A stretch of 64,000 nucleotides of DNA from Botryllus schlosseri (Eukaryota). Positions 37,414 through 51,920 of the stretch are shown here, in pieces. The notes under the pieces are model-generated. The model had not been told where the DNA came from, made no database searches, and saw nothing but the letters and a program-made list of their open reading frames with translations. The position numbers were made by a program, and so were the translations under genes. The first letter of the stretch is position 1; every line of letters starts with the position of its first letter. The stretch lies in assembly GCA_051294905.1 (NCBI GenBank), contig CM119384.1, forward strand, positions 20,088,001 through 20,152,000, written 5' to 3'.

Positions 37414-38034
37414 TAGGGCTGTTCAAAAATAACCTTTTTTCTTGAATCTTGCGGGTTACTTGATTAAATCGTTAGGTTGCCTTAAAAAATGACGCACACC
37501 AAATTTGAATTCATTCCAACCAATATTCGCGGATTTCGTAGAGTTTGAAAATTTTGAATTTGCCTAAAAATGCAAAAAAAAAATTTTTTTCCAATCTTCC
37601 TTCCAACCTTATGAAATTGTTGCTCTGTCTTCAAAGACGATGCAAAACAAATTTGACTCGATTCCAAGCTGCAGAAGCCGAGTTATTCAAGTTTTTTGAT
37701 GATAATTCTGGGATGATCCCCCAATCAAGGATAATCCCAGAATTATCTAAGAAAAACTGAAATAACTCCACTTCTACGGCTTCGAATTGAGTCAAATTTG
37801 TTTTGCATCGTTTTTGAAGACAGCGCAACAATTTCATGGGGTTGGCAGAAAAATTTGAAAAAATTTTTTTTTTTGCATTTCTAGGCAAATTCAAAATTTT
37901 CAAACTCTACGAAATCCGCGAATATTGGTAGGAATGAATTCAAATTTGGTGTGCGTCATTTTTTAAGGCAACCTAACGATTTAATCAAGTAACCCGCAAG
38001 ATTCAGAAAAAAAGGTCATTTTTGAACAGCCCTA
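37414..38034. mobile_element. Palindromic hAT MITE (621 bp, TAGGGCTGTTCAAAAAT termini)
   Basis: Almost the whole element is an inverted repeat. Perfect 8-bp TSD TTGTGCAC (37406-37413, 38035-38042). Confidence 0.93.
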
Positions 38035-41000
38035 TTGTGCACTGCACATGGTAACTGACCTTTGTCATTGTAGCGATTAGCGGATCCCAGATTATTACGA
38101 TGTATGCGATTTCGAGAATTCATTGCGATTATATCTGTTGTTGCGATTTCCGCTGTAACCGCGATACTGATTTTTCCTCGCATCATATCAGTTTGCACGC
38201 GGCGATACTTGGAAGTATCGAAGTAATTCTGAAAGAGCGGTTCCAGGAACCGATGTGCCAAAACCTTAAACAGGGGTGCCCTTACCATTGGTTGCGATCT
38301 ACGAGACATTAAATATAGCTAACGCAAGCCTATCATGCATTCCATCTTTCAACCGATTGAACTGATCGTGAAATCAGATCACGCAAGGGCTTTTATTGTT
38401 CAAAATTTCTATTTATATACTCAGCCAAGCAGTTGGACTTGGCTAAGGTATAGCATCGAAGCTGTAAGTATCGTTTTTTACTCAGCTGTGGTCCGATGTT
38501 GAACTTGGTTATTGATGAAAGTTATGCATAGTTAGTTGCATCATCAGTTCAACCTGAACGGTATATATGTTGCTAGATCACGCTCTGCTGAAGTGTACGC
38601 GTGTGAGCACCCTGGGCTGAAGTAAACACCAATGTTTTAAAAGCTATAGTTTTCTCGGACCAAAATTTTTAAAATCTCTAAATCATCTCCAGACTGTGGT
38701 AGCCTGGTGACGACGCACCATTTTCAACTCGCCTGCTTAGAGTGCTTACGTAAGCGATCACCAATCCCCCTCTCCTTATACAGACGAGCGGTGATATGCG
38801 CTTATATGGTTTACACTGTGGGAAAGGCATGGAAAAATCTATCGGCAACAAAAGTCCACAATTTCGCCTTAAATTTGTTTCGGTAATGCGATATTGGAAA
38901 CATTAACATTCCGACACTTGTCCGCGTTTCAAATTTCGCCGCTTCAATCGGTAATGAAACGCAACTATTTTACATACCCGCTGGTCCAGCACGCGATGCG
39001 TAATAGCAACAAATCATGGATACCACAAATCGTGTGGTTTTATGAATTGTCGTAGAGATGTCGTCGCGTAGCGCCTACTAATTAAAACAGATATTGAACT
39101 GCGCTGTGTAAATTAGCGTGATAAGTATTCGGTAAATTGTCCATTATCGAGATAATCATTTTCATCATCTTTAATGCTTCATGTACGGCGGCTCGATTAC
39201 GCATTCCTCACGACGCGTGTTAATAGGATACGACAACTTCAGATCTTGGGAATGATGTGCGCCGAATATCCACACATTTGGCGACTTATAGTTATTAAGG
39301 AGTATATGTCATTTTTTCAATCGTGCAACGAAAGTAAGTATTGACGAAAAGTCGATTGCCACACCAAATCTGGATGTCTCCAATGCTGCAATAAATCTGC
39401 GAATTTACATTTTCTCAAGACTATACCGACGTGTCTCAAATTGGCAGAATGGGGTGTCTCTGATGACATTATGCGTTATTTGGCGGCCCCACAATCTGTA
39501 AAAGATACGATGGAACTTCAATGCCACTATTTAGTCAGCATCTTGAACCGTCTTGATATATAGTCGACGGCCCTTTCGAGGGACTCTGGATATCCACAGT
39601 ATAAGCAATCAAGCATGACAATCGTGTGACGTCAAATGCGAGGCACGGGCGATCTGACCATATGCCCCCGCGCAGCATAAATGAAACTATGTTAGTCACG
39701 TTGTTTTTGTGGTATTCATGGAGTTTTCGAGTGCAATGGTCATTTTTTCTAGGCCGATATTGGTTATTGTGATTCCCCATCTGCTGACTTGTAGCACGGC
39801 CCACTTATACGCGTTTTCAAGACACCGCTTACGCGGATCAAATCGCGTGGCCACAGTTAATTGACCATGCCGCAAAAATAATGAAAATATGTTCACGTCA
39901 CGTGGCACGCGTTCTCGATATTATATTCCTTGGATGGTCACAAGTGATCCATCCATTCCAGAGAACAAGTTCTCGAAATCGAGCTCCTAGATTTGTAGGC
40001 CTACTCACCTGTGTTTCTTTCTGCTAGATACCGGTAATTCTAGTTGTATAATTAGATTAATTATAGCGAAATGCCGGTAATCTAATTCTAATCTAACTTT
40101 TCAAATTTTGCCTTACTCTAATTCCAATTATAATCTAATTTGTGAAATGTTTCTATACTCTAATTCTAATTCCAATTTAATTTATGGTTTCCGAAAAATG
40201 TGACAGGGGAACTGTATAGTGCGAAACGAGCCAAGCATGCTGTACAGACATTTACCGTTCACTCATGCGTATCAATTCTGATTTGATATGGACTGATCTC
40301 GATTCAATTGCAAGTTTTCGCGAATTCAGCAATTCTAGTGTAATTCGGAATAAACTGTGTAGCTATAATTTCTATTATTGGCTAAATTGACTTTCCTGTA
40401 TGATCACCGAGAGAGTCGCTTTTATTCGATCCGGACAAGAAGGACATATTCGGTTCGATTCGAAACGGATAAGCCGCGCTAATCGAAGTTGTTTCGTATT
40501 ACTGATAGACTAATTTTCAAATTCAAAACGATGAGACATTCAATTTTAACACCAAGTAATCTTGGTATTTTCGAATCTCATTTTTAAACCGATTCGACCG
40601 ACTCTCTTTCTCTCTCACGCTCTCCCATTAACCACTGAATGCGTATGTTAAGTGATATATTTCAATAATTCTGTGGGAAAATCTCGGCGAAACACAGTGG
40701 ATGGTAATAACTACCATTAATAATATACTCGATCATATGAATACGTTGCTAAGGGGCATGGAACGAGGCGCGTTTAAGTTTGTTTCTCTTTTACATGCGC
40801 CGCATTCATATTCGTACCGTTCTTGAATAGCTTGCCGCGCGGAGGTACACATTATCGAAACACGGCCACCGTAAAAGTCGACGATTTCGCAACCGCAAAA
40901 ACCCTAGACCGCATCGCGTGAATCACACGAAGCTGCGCAGTATCGCGCGGACCACTTGAAAATCATAAAACTTGCTAATCGTATCATAATTGCCTGTCAT

Positions 41001-42434
41001 CGGCGCGCTATTGAAGGCTTTCTGCGAAAATGATTTTTCGCATCCGCCGTCGGCCGGCCGCGCGATTTGAAAATAAAATGCTGGCAATAGTCAATTTACT
41101 TAACGACTCCGTGTGGACAATGTCTCGACTTGTGTTGAGAGCGTAGTAATGATTGGTAGCGGCGATATTGTGGTTTTTTTTGGGACAGCGATTACCCTTT
41201 TTGATAAAACATTGTCTGATTTCGCGAAATGAGTAATTTGTCAGCCTTTGGTGGGGTTTTCAGTAATATTCTGGTTTGATTGATACATGGTAACTACCGT
41301 TTTCTCGATGCGTTTCTCCTTTGCCATATTTTCCATTGATCTGTTATGCCACAGCTACTATGGAGGAAATTTGTGAAATCTCATTTTATCATTAGCACTT
41401 CTAACTTCTGAAAATGTCACAAAAACTCGAGATTTGAATCTGAAGGTTGAAGAATTTTGGAAAACAGATGCTCCTTTCATTATTCATACTGCTGGTGTCC
41501 TCAAATATAACTTTCAAAATTCCATAAAAACTCGAAATTTGAATCCTGAAGCGAAAAAAATTCGAAAAGTGAGAAATTCACTTCATTTTTCATACTGCAG
41601 GGATCCTCGCGTATTTTTCGTCGCGACCCCCTAAATGTGCGGTATATAACAACTGCTTTCAAGCTGGTTATCAGTATGTAATGCCGCAGAAATGCGTTGC
41701 TATTAGCTATCAATAGATATAATAATATTCTAGTCTTGCCACTTGCCATTTTCTCGTAAATAAAGCGCAATCTTATGGTTGGCATTACGGGCGTCGGCTG
41801 ATACTGTCGGCTTTTAGCACTATCGGTGAATAAATCCAGCTTACAAAGCCTCGTCCCTGCTAAATTAAATTGTTGATCAAGAATGCCCCAAACTTGACAG
41901 ATGCAACAACAAAACAAACATCACAGCTATACACCGTTAAATTGGAATGATCAAATCTCATTTTGTCCAGTTACGTCCCTAGACCGATGCTTCGTTGTCA
42001 GAGTTGTGTGAGTTTTATCGCGGCAAACTCGATAGCCAGCCCAATCAAACGTAACGATAAAGTGGCGCTTCATTCCATCTTAGCTTTAACTTCTTGTCTG
42101 ATGGTCGCTTAGAATTTTGAAATCAAAGCGCCGTTTTATTTGTATAACGGGCTTTCGAAGTTGGTTTGAAATGTTCATTATTCAACATAGCGATTCTTAA
42201 AATATTTCGGTACCCGAACAGGAAGGTCTCGCTACCCAAATTTGGGTCGGCACTCGCTATTTGAGAACCTATATCGTACTAGAAAGTTTGGGAACTGATG
42301 GATACGGTCTTTTGCCAATTCTTGACCGCGGGTTTGCATTTTGGACCGGCCTGTATCAGCCATATATTACGCGGCAGAATCTCAAATTATAGGAAGGCAA
42401 GATTATATTTACCGGCATTTACCTACGTCCTACA

Positions 42435-42745
42435 AGATAGCGTAATGGCGAAGCGTCCGGCCTCTTGCTCGGTAGTACGTGGGCTCAACCCCGGCCGGGT
42501 CAGACCGAAGGGCTTCCCTCTTGGCGCTCAGCATTACCGGGATAGCACGGAGGGGGGTGGGGGTGCAAGACCTAGAGAGCATTAAAATGCTATTTCTGTA
42601 TCTTCCTTGTCCAGCGGCATATGCACATCATTTAGTTATGGTATGCATATGTACAGATCGTGTGTGTGTATATCATGAGTCGTGTATATGCCGCAAAACG
42701 TCATTGACATTCTGGTATAATGTACAACGTCCTATTTCTATTTAC
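42435..42745 (+). mobile_element. tRNA-derived SINE, copy 1
   Basis: A-box-like TAATGGCGAAG and B-box-like GGGCTCAACCC, then CCGGGTCAGACC(G/A)AAG. Body TGTCCAGCGGCATATGCACA...GTACAGATCGTGT and tail AACGTCCTATT are shared with 61441-61710. Confidence 0.65.
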
Positions 42746-44975
42746 TGCCAGGCTGTCACGTCTAACTTATACGTGTAAGAACTGTACGTGAGCTAACAAA
42801 TTTATATTCTATTGGACTATGCCAACTGTGAAACTTTCTTTTTACAATCGTGCAATTGTCCAATTTTTCAAAGTCATTTCGAGGATGTTTTTGGGATAGG
42901 GATTTCAGAATCTATATTTACGCGCGTACTATTTTTGTTCAACAATATGCACCCGCTTGACTGACATGGCACCGCGACACCACAAGTATAATGATGAATT
43001 AGATTGGACACCACGCTAACAGTGCAAATGCGCCTTAAGGTCAACAAAAATATAGTTACGCCGATTCCGTGATAACAGCGTCAGTGTTTTGTAACTCATC
43101 GACTTTTCCACAGCGCCGCGTATGATTTCGAGTGTGTTGTTGGGTATGCGTTGTAAACTAAGGCTTACCTGCCAATTCAATATACCGCTACAAAGGCCGG
43201 GCTGGCGATTCATGATTAATCCCCGTGCCGCGACGCCCGTTCGTGGTTATCTTTGAACACGAACCACTTCGAATGCGGTCGGTACGGTTCAAGTTTCGAA
43301 TCTGTGTGAGCGCGGTCTTCCGCGACTCTTACAAAACTCTGCGTGCCTACGAAAACTGCTATACTTTGCGACTGTGCGACGCTGATTTGCGATAATGTCC
43401 GCGGTCGGCTATCATTCTTTGCCGACATGTCACCCGCATAATAGCTTCCCACAAGTCACAAGCACCATTGAGGCCAAGTGCGTAGTTTACCTCTCGTGGT
43501 TATATGGAGAGGGCCTTTCAAGATCACCACATTTTGTACATATTGTCTTCCCCGGCCGCGATCTGTCTTCATTTAGGTAGCAACGTTTGTTGATACAGGG
43601 TCTTGATGCCCCCACTTGACGATTATTTTTGATTTCAATGATGTTACCGCTTTTATTTGTTGATCTGATGCCTCGTCTCGGCGTCAGTTTATAAGCGCGG
43701 TGCAGCGGCGCGCTAAATTTGTTTATCATACCCGCTCATTCGTACAATAGTAATTTTGTTACCCAATAACAGCGATAACCGATCCGCCAAACGCGTTGTA
43801 GTTTTATTGCGATTTCCTGCGCGATCGTTGCTTACATATCAGTCTGCTATGGAAGGATGTATGAACGTGAACGTTCACTCGATAGTTTCGATCAAATGTA
43901 ATATGCGGGGACTACTTGAGTTGTTTTATTTCGCTCGACGGCATGTTTGTGAAAATTCTGGTGTCATAATTATGAATACAATCATCTGCGGTTTTATCAC
44001 AGTTTATGGACAAGCTACCGTAGCTGTTACATATAGGTTATTTATTCCAGCAGATGTGATCCTGGCAGTATGCGTTGGTTAGGGTTACTATATTTTGGGA
44101 TGTGGAAAAGAGGACACTTTATATTGAAATCACAAAATTTAGAGTACAGGACTTGAAAAATGCTGATTCTAACATTCTTTCAAAATCGCAGATTGGAAAA
44201 TGGCTGAAGACACTGCAGATAGGTGCAAAATATTTTCAGTGGCCCTGTTACAGCGGGCTACGTCAAGGCTCTCAAATTTTCAAATGCCATATTATGCCTT
44301 CAACCATGCTTGTTCCTCAGGTTGCAGTGAATCTGTGGCACGATCACCCTTGCCTTAGCAATATACTAGGAAGGGGCTTGTGTTTTCGTTCATATCATAT
44401 ACGTCATTCGGAACTAGTTAGTCGAGCTCGACATACCACCCACTATCGTTTTCACAGCACCAAGGGCTGTAATATGTATTATGACGCCACGCCATCTAAC
44501 CACAAGCCCTAACCGTAACCTTCGGTAAACCTGACGCACTTTCATGTCCGCTGCTGAGACTCATTACCACTCGCGGGAGTCGCAGGTCAACGCGTAATGG
44601 CTGTTTTTATCAACTTCTGATCTATTTCATCCCCGCCGTGAAATTGTAGGAAATCTGCCCCTAGTACCAGTACCGGTTTTGATAAAATGATTCCACTAGA
44701 TAGCTTTTATTATTCGTCTGCAAGGTATGCATGCACTTCATCAAGGTATGTAGGATCGCCAAAAATATCCTAGCAAATGTAATAATATGATACGGGCGAT
44801 ATAATTGGGCTTGCTTGTGATTGGATGGAATCTCTGTGAAATTTGAAACCACTTCTGCATGGCATTCTTTGTTGAATTCTTATATAATTCGTAGCTTGTT
44901 TGACCTTCTTATGGGCAGATTCTAGCCGCTAGAATAGCTGCAATAACAATTGCACATACATCACAGTAAGATAAC

Positions 44976-45060
44976 CAGGGGCTGTCAACCTTTGTTTGGC
45001 CGTGGCCCATTCTCCGGTTTGAAAATGTTCTGTGGCCCACCTCTTATCCTAGACTCATGG
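44976..45060. mobile_element. Truncated hAT MITE end
   Basis: CAGGGGCTGTCAACCTTTG followed by GTGGCCCA motifs. No partner end seen. Confidence 0.45.
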
Positions 45061-48000
45061 CCCTGTTCGAGGTGTGGTAATCGCCGGCGCTGATATTCCT
45101 ATTTCTTTAGAATACACGCATTTTCTCTTACTAATCATGTTTAAATGCGGACCTGTAAATCGCACGAAGCGCGACGAAAAGTTTCGAAGCGACCAACGAA
45201 ATAATTTTGGGCCCCTTCGAGCACCCCCAATTGACGGTTTGGGGTGCGGAAGGTACGGCCCTGGTAGATCGTATAACTCTTGTGTATATTATGGCCGTCC
45301 GCTGATCCACTAACGTCGCGAAATCCAATGTTCTAATCCCCCCTGTGTGATTGGGGTTTTAGTTCCACTATGGCATGGAACAATATAGCCACCGAGACCA
45401 AATCAACTTTTTCAAACTATTTATATGAGTAGTTCTTCGACTTTTCATCTTCTCCCCCACTTCTATTGAAAGATAATGGCGTCTCGCGAAAAGGCATTCC
45501 TAACGAAAACACAATGTTGACGCTTTACTCCCGAAACCCGCCCTCTTTACTTGTAATAACCTGTTGTTTAAAATGGCTTCTGACAACCGATCGCGATCAT
45601 CTGCACGCTTTGTGGTAGGATAAGTGTTACAACCCTCGAAAAGCGCTGTCATGCAACACGACTTTTCCGCGGGTATGGTAAGCGGCACCGCCGAAACCCC
45701 AAGAGCCATGTTGACTTTCTTTGTGACAAATGCGCGCGGCCATCTTTTCGTAATCGGATTCCTTGTCGGCGGCACGAAATCGCCATTATCATATATATAC
45801 CTCGGTAATATGATTTGCGCGATGGCGGGCGTAAAGGGTGTTATTTTTGAATTGTCGGAAAAGTTGAAATTCACTCAAATCGCAATAACGTTACAGGCGT
45901 AAGTCAGACTTTTAAACATCAATTTGTCATCGTGCCCTATTTTTAAATATATAAATCGACTTTTCGAGGAATCAGGGTTTGTTTTTGAGGTATAATATGT
46001 TTGGGCGATGTGCGTATCGAATCCATTTGAAAATTATTGTATTATTCTAGCGTCGAGATTAAGCAAACAAAAAGTATACACGCATCATTCGACAAAGTTA
46101 GAGATTCTTACACGAAAAAACGCATCAGGGATCAGTTTACTGGATATGTGCAGATTGTGCACCGGTTGTGTGTTAAGGGCGCGCGCGTATTACTTTACGC
46201 TGCGCCCCGGCGTAACAATAAATAGTTGCATTTTCACCCCACTCTGCCGTTCCGGGTCTGTTATATTTCACTAGGGAAATCCGCATTAGCTTCGTATGCA
46301 GGGAGAGTCACTATTGCTTGCAGTCATGCAAGATCCGTCATTCCGGCGAGCGATGTTGACCTATACCCGTTACCGTTTCCTCTCGACGTAACCTTGACCT
46401 GAAATACTTGACGGTATGGCCGATGCCTGGTTTGAGAGGTCTGTAGTTATGTAACATCTTCGAAATATTTTCAGTGTAGAATTAGACGCGCCTTGATTAC
46501 ATTCCGTTGAGTTTTCTTGGCTGTGTTCGCACGCACAAGGTTTGCTGCGATACAATTGTTGTTCTGTGACAAGAATTGATCGGTATTACATTGTACTACG
46601 AACATATGTTGGAGTTTGTGACCGATTTATTACTGAATGTAGTTTTTGGAACCGGGGACGTCTATATCAGTGTGGTCTTCAAACAATGACCGTTTCTTAT
46701 TACATTCAGGGATATTGGTCGGTAAAGCGCATTCGGGCTCGAAGAATTAACAACAAAGCACTTTAACCATGGTTTTAATGACTTATTTTTAGTTCATATT
46801 ATTGTGTGTAAATTACTGCAAACTGTCATAGTAAAGCTTTTTTTCCGGATCAAAATCGGGCTGCAATTTCGCGCAATTTGCGCTATAGATTCCATCAAGC
46901 AATATCTCCGCATTGCTAAAATTTACTCCGATATCCAGGTATTCGAATTAGATATTTATAAAAATCTTCATGATGCAATAACAACAAATTAAGATGAACC
47001 TATGTAACCACCACGCTCCAAATCATAGCAAACGACACGGGAAACAAGACATCTGGAAACAGCGAAATTACTGCTATTTTCCGAGAATGCGGAGATTTTC
47101 TCTCTGTCGAGTAAGAATTTGACTGTCCATGGAAATTCGATTTTTCTATGAATTCGGAAATATAATAGTATTAGGTATATTCGAGAGACATCGATTCCGA
47201 GTCTTTATCTAAATTTTATTTATAATATCACATTTTGTGTACACTCCATATGTGCCAGAATGCGCTCTTTTACAAGCCTATCCTGACGATTGTCACACAA
47301 GATATTAGGCGATTTTAAAATAATTAACGCTATTTGTCAGGTCACATTTCGCGCGCCTTTGCGTTGAGGATATTTCCAGGTCATTTGTCCCTGTTGATTT
47401 ACCAGAAACGGATGGAAATTGGTGTTTCTTACGATCTTTTCTCCGCACGCTTGTGTCGGGACAGCGACGGATTCAATATTTCCCTCGAAAGCGCCTCGGT
47501 AACCCGAACCCGTTTGTTTGCGAAAAACACAGTTCTAGGGAATGTACCGCAGGTGTAAACACAGACAGTCTGCTATCATGTCGCGTATTATGCGGTTGTC
47601 CGCGGTCTCGAACGGGTCGCGGTATGCCGCAATTCTCAACGTAAATGCTGCAGGTTCCGGGCTCCTATGCATTTCGATCCGCATCATATATCCCCTCGTT
47701 ACGAGATTACCCCGTTGCGGCGATATGTCTTATCTTGGCGTTGAGCTGCAAATGATCGAATATCGCCTTTCGCGATTTTTGCGAAAACAATCGCTTGTTG
47801 TCGCGGATTTAGCAACGGACCAAATGCATCAACAGTGGCGCTAAAACAGTTTCGCGAAATCGCGGTATGACGGTGTCCAGTTATAATAATAGGCTTATAA
47901 TCAACTATTTTTGAAGACTGCATTCGCTCAAAAATTTCGCCAGGACTTTCTGCGTGTCCGATAAGAAATGCAGGTAGAAGGCGCGCCTCCCCCCGGCTAC

Positions 48001-50046
48001 GTGAGTGATTGTGATTCCAAATGATGTCGCTGAAGCGGTATATTTTTCACAGGACCATTTTTGGCATTGCTTATCCTATAGTGAGGAATGATGTTGTATT
48101 TATGGTCTGTTGTGAGCTTGAACGATTAATCACTTAGAATAGCTATCATCACTGTATCATAGTTATGGCTGAGCGTATGCAGCTTATCAATTCGTTTTAA
48201 AACATATTTATTAATAAATCTCGTCGTCATAAATATCATATGAGAATCTCATCTATTGCGCTACTCTGATTGCACGGAAACGTCGGTTTGTAAACGCAGT
48301 TCCAGCATTGAAACTTTCGCCGGCGTTAATTAAAAACACCATTATCGCTTTTACGTGAAGCTTGAACTTGGCCTCACTCTTTATCAGCGTTTGTACCTGT
48401 TACAGAAGAGGCTTTGTGTCCGTGATGATTGTAGTCGCGCTCTAATCCGTTATAGCCACCCGCATGCACTTCTAAGCATTGTCAGTTTCGCATTGTTGCT
48501 GCTGTTAATGAGCGCGCGTGACACGATTATTCTATAGATATGGTAATTGATTGTTCTCATCGAAAATTTCTTTTCGATTTGGGATGATTTATCGGCCCAA
48601 ACTGTGGTTAGCTGGTGCTCTGTCGTTTTCTATCGAAACAGACGCCCACTTCATGGAGATAGCGGATATCTATGACCATCGCGATCAATCTGATGAGGCA
48701 GCCCGCGTGTTGGTATGCCTCCCGCCCGTGACTATCTGCGACCCAGATGACACGTACCGTGCGCACTTGATGCGAAGGCGATTTTTGGGTCAGCGCGCGT
48801 GTATGGAAATGGAAAGTTGTCCTTTTCAGAGACTGTATGGTCGTTGATTTGAAATAAATCTTTTACGATTCGCTTTTTGTGTCTACGATTGCATGTCAAG
48901 ACGTGGTAGATAACTGATACCTACTCCACGCAACAGTAAGGTGCCCGTTTCGTTACTTTCGCACGTAAGCCAACGTATCAGAATGCGTTCAATTCGCATC
49001 ATTTTATAGACCTAGAGCTGTTGCTTACACCGTAGCTTCGGCGTTACACCACTTTTTGGCAATTGAAGAGCCATTGGTTGATGTCAATTAAAGCTATTGG
49101 GGTCTTGTTTTCGCCCCATGACGGGTAGTTTTTTTTATATATATTAGTCACGCCAACCGCAAAGCTCGTTTTTACCGCAAATTCTATGTCTTGGTCACAT
49201 TATCCCTATATACGATTAAATCTCTCGATCACCCTACATACCACTTTTATTAGATACCGGTATTGTAACTGCGAGCGACCTTGCCTTCATCAAGATAGCT
49301 TGTCTGAAATTCTCCTCTTAGAATAAAAATGCTTATTTTATGCAAATAATATGCTATTGTCAAATATTTACGGTGCAGATATATCGTGGCGATTTGCAAT
49401 AGATAATTTCGCCTAAAGGGTCGTACACACAGGACGCGGTTTGCGGCGGGCGGCCAGCGTCGCCCGTCCAGCGTCCAACTGCGCGTCCGTCGTACGACTT
49501 TCGACGTTGCGCGCTATGCGCCAGGGCTTTCACACATGTCATGGCCAGCGTCTGACGGCTGCGTAGTGCGTAGAAAAGTATTGCCAGTTTTTCAACACAC
49601 ACCATACTTAATATCATTATTGGTTTGTTTATAGGCTTCTAATCACCTAATGAGTAGTTGCAAAATGCTATACCATTATATATATGTATATAACAGCCAA
49701 TAATTCTACTACTTCGCGAGCGAAAACTATTTTATATTATTATATTTTCTTTTGTGAACGTAGATAAATGGCATGCCGATTTTCGGTAGTACCTGTCAAT
49801 CATGATTCATGAGCCAGTTGGTTGTTGTGACATTGTGAGTAGAACTACTGGGATCTGGGATGAATATATTGAATGACAAGGATATTTGCTAAGTTATATT
49901 CTGTTAAGTGTGATTTGGGTTAGCATAACACTGCTACTTTTTAATGATATGCTAATTTTTTTCATATCTCAAGAGTAGAGTTGAATTGGTAGTTGATAGT
50001 GGTGAGTCCAAAGTTCTGACTTGGAATCAACATGAATAAAGCTGAG

Positions 50047-51433
50047 ATGGACGCAGTATGTTTATTGCTAGCTTTACAATTTGAGCAGCTGATGATATTA
50101 TTGATATTATGGGACTCCACCAGAAGGTATGTAGTGATGCTTACATACATACCGGTATATAAATTCTACGATGCTGACCGTTGATGATTTCTTCATTATA
50201 GAGAGTGGGTCCGCCCAATTTTTCAAGACCGAAACCGCTTCGGTGAACAAAATCTGGTTGAAGACCTGTTCGATGACCCAGAAATGTTCCACAAATACTT
50301 TCGCATGGATGACTCGACCTTTCGTGAGCTTCTTACGAAAGTCTCCCCATACATAACGAAGCAAGATACTAACTGGCGGCCAGCAATTTGTCCAGCTTAT
50401 CGACTTGCAATTACATTACGGTGAGCAAATGATCATGCTCATTTATTCTCGATTTCACATAATTGAATTTTGCAATAGATTCTTGGCGACGGGCGACTCT
50501 CAAATCACTATTGGCTTGAGTTATCGTGTTGGACCTTCGACGGTGAGCCTGATCATCAAAGAGACCTGCGAAGCACTGTGGAAGGTACTGTCGCCCGAAG
50601 TATTGAAACCTCCGGCCACATCTGAAGAATGGGAAAAAATCTCTCGGGATTTCAATACATCTTGGAACTTCCCGATGTGCTTAGGAGCAATTGACGGCAA
50701 GCACGTGGTTATCGAATCCCCCAGTTCGAGTGGTTCGGAATACTTCAATTACAAGGGAACCCACAGTATTGTGTTAATGGCAGTTTGCGATGCTCGTTAT
50801 TGCTTCACATTACTCGATATTGGCGACTCAGGCAGACACAGTGATGGTGGTGTATTTGCTAACAGTGAATTTGGCAAAAGATTCATTTCCAGTGACTTGA
50901 ATATGCCTGTATCTGGATATCTGCCAGGTACAGATTTGCAAGTCCCATATTGTATTGTTGGAGACGCTGCCTTTCCTCTCAGACAGAACTTGATGAGACC
51001 CTATCCTGGAAAACTTCTCCCATTTGATAAATCTGTTTTCAACTATCGGCTGTCTCGTGCAAGAAGGATAATTGAGAATACATTTGGTATCCTGGTCACA
51101 CGTTGGAGAGTGTTCCGAAGACCCATAATTGCTTCCGACAAAGCCATCCTAATAACCAAGACAGCATGTTGTTTGCACAATTACCTTCAAATGAAAACGA
51201 GCTATGCATCTGCGGATGTTGACCATGAAGATCATGCTGGCAATATTATCCCCGGGAACTGGCGTGCAGAACGGCAGCCCGAGGAAAGATCTGGGTTGAA
51301 AAGGATTGGGAGGATGGGATCTAACATGACGTCTGCACGGGCATCAGACGTGCGCGATAGATTCAAAGACTATTTTACTTCCAATGCTGGCAGGGTACCC
51401 TGGCAAGATGCAATTGTCAACAGAACCCGTTAG
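50047..51433 (+). CDS. Harbinger/HARBI1-like DDE transposase, 417 aa: join(50047..50126, 50202..50420, 50479..51433)
   Basis: GT-AG introns of 75 and 58 nt give an uninterrupted frame: MDAVCLLL...STRR|EWVRPIFQDRNRFGE...FRMDDSTFRELL...RLAITLR|FLATGDS...GAIDGKHV...VGDAAFPL...RARRIIENTFGILVTRW...LHNY. The full DDE triad is present. The track's start at 50405 is intronic read-through. Confidence 0.93.
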
Positions 51434-51920
51434 CGGACAATTGCAACCACATGACAGCTCCCCCGTTTCAATTTGCTCTAGTAGAAATATTTGGCACTGT
51501 AAATAGATCGCTTGATTAATTCATTGTCGTTTAAATTTGAGGTCCTTTCTGATTAGAGACATGTTTTGCTGTTTGCAATTTTCAAAACGTGAGGAGATGT
51601 AGTACCACTTGTGGAGGATTTTGAATATGGAGTACCTATACGCTCTCACAAGTCAAGTTTGCTGCTGTTGAGGTTCTAGCTGTAGTTTCTAGTTACGTTG
51701 AAGTACTGCCTAGTTAGTAGTTAACCCCAAGTCTCGTTTGCTGCCTTGTCATGTTTCCTGTTTTTACTGGTTTGCTGCCTTGTTATGTATTCCTGTTTTT
51801 ACAAGTTTCAATAATAATTCGAAGCAACGAGAGTACCGTTCCAAAATTGTATTCAGATATCAGAACATGCATTTCAAAAAATTGAACATGCATTTCAATA
51901 GTTTAGAAGAAAGACAGTGG

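Noticed and set aside
40000-40030. Perfect minus-strand donor CAG|GTGAGT
   Set aside because: No plausible exon or ORF upstream of it, and it abuts a repeat.
44080-44530. TTAGGG/CCTAAC-like hexamers
   Set aside because: Only isolated degenerate units, not a telomeric array.
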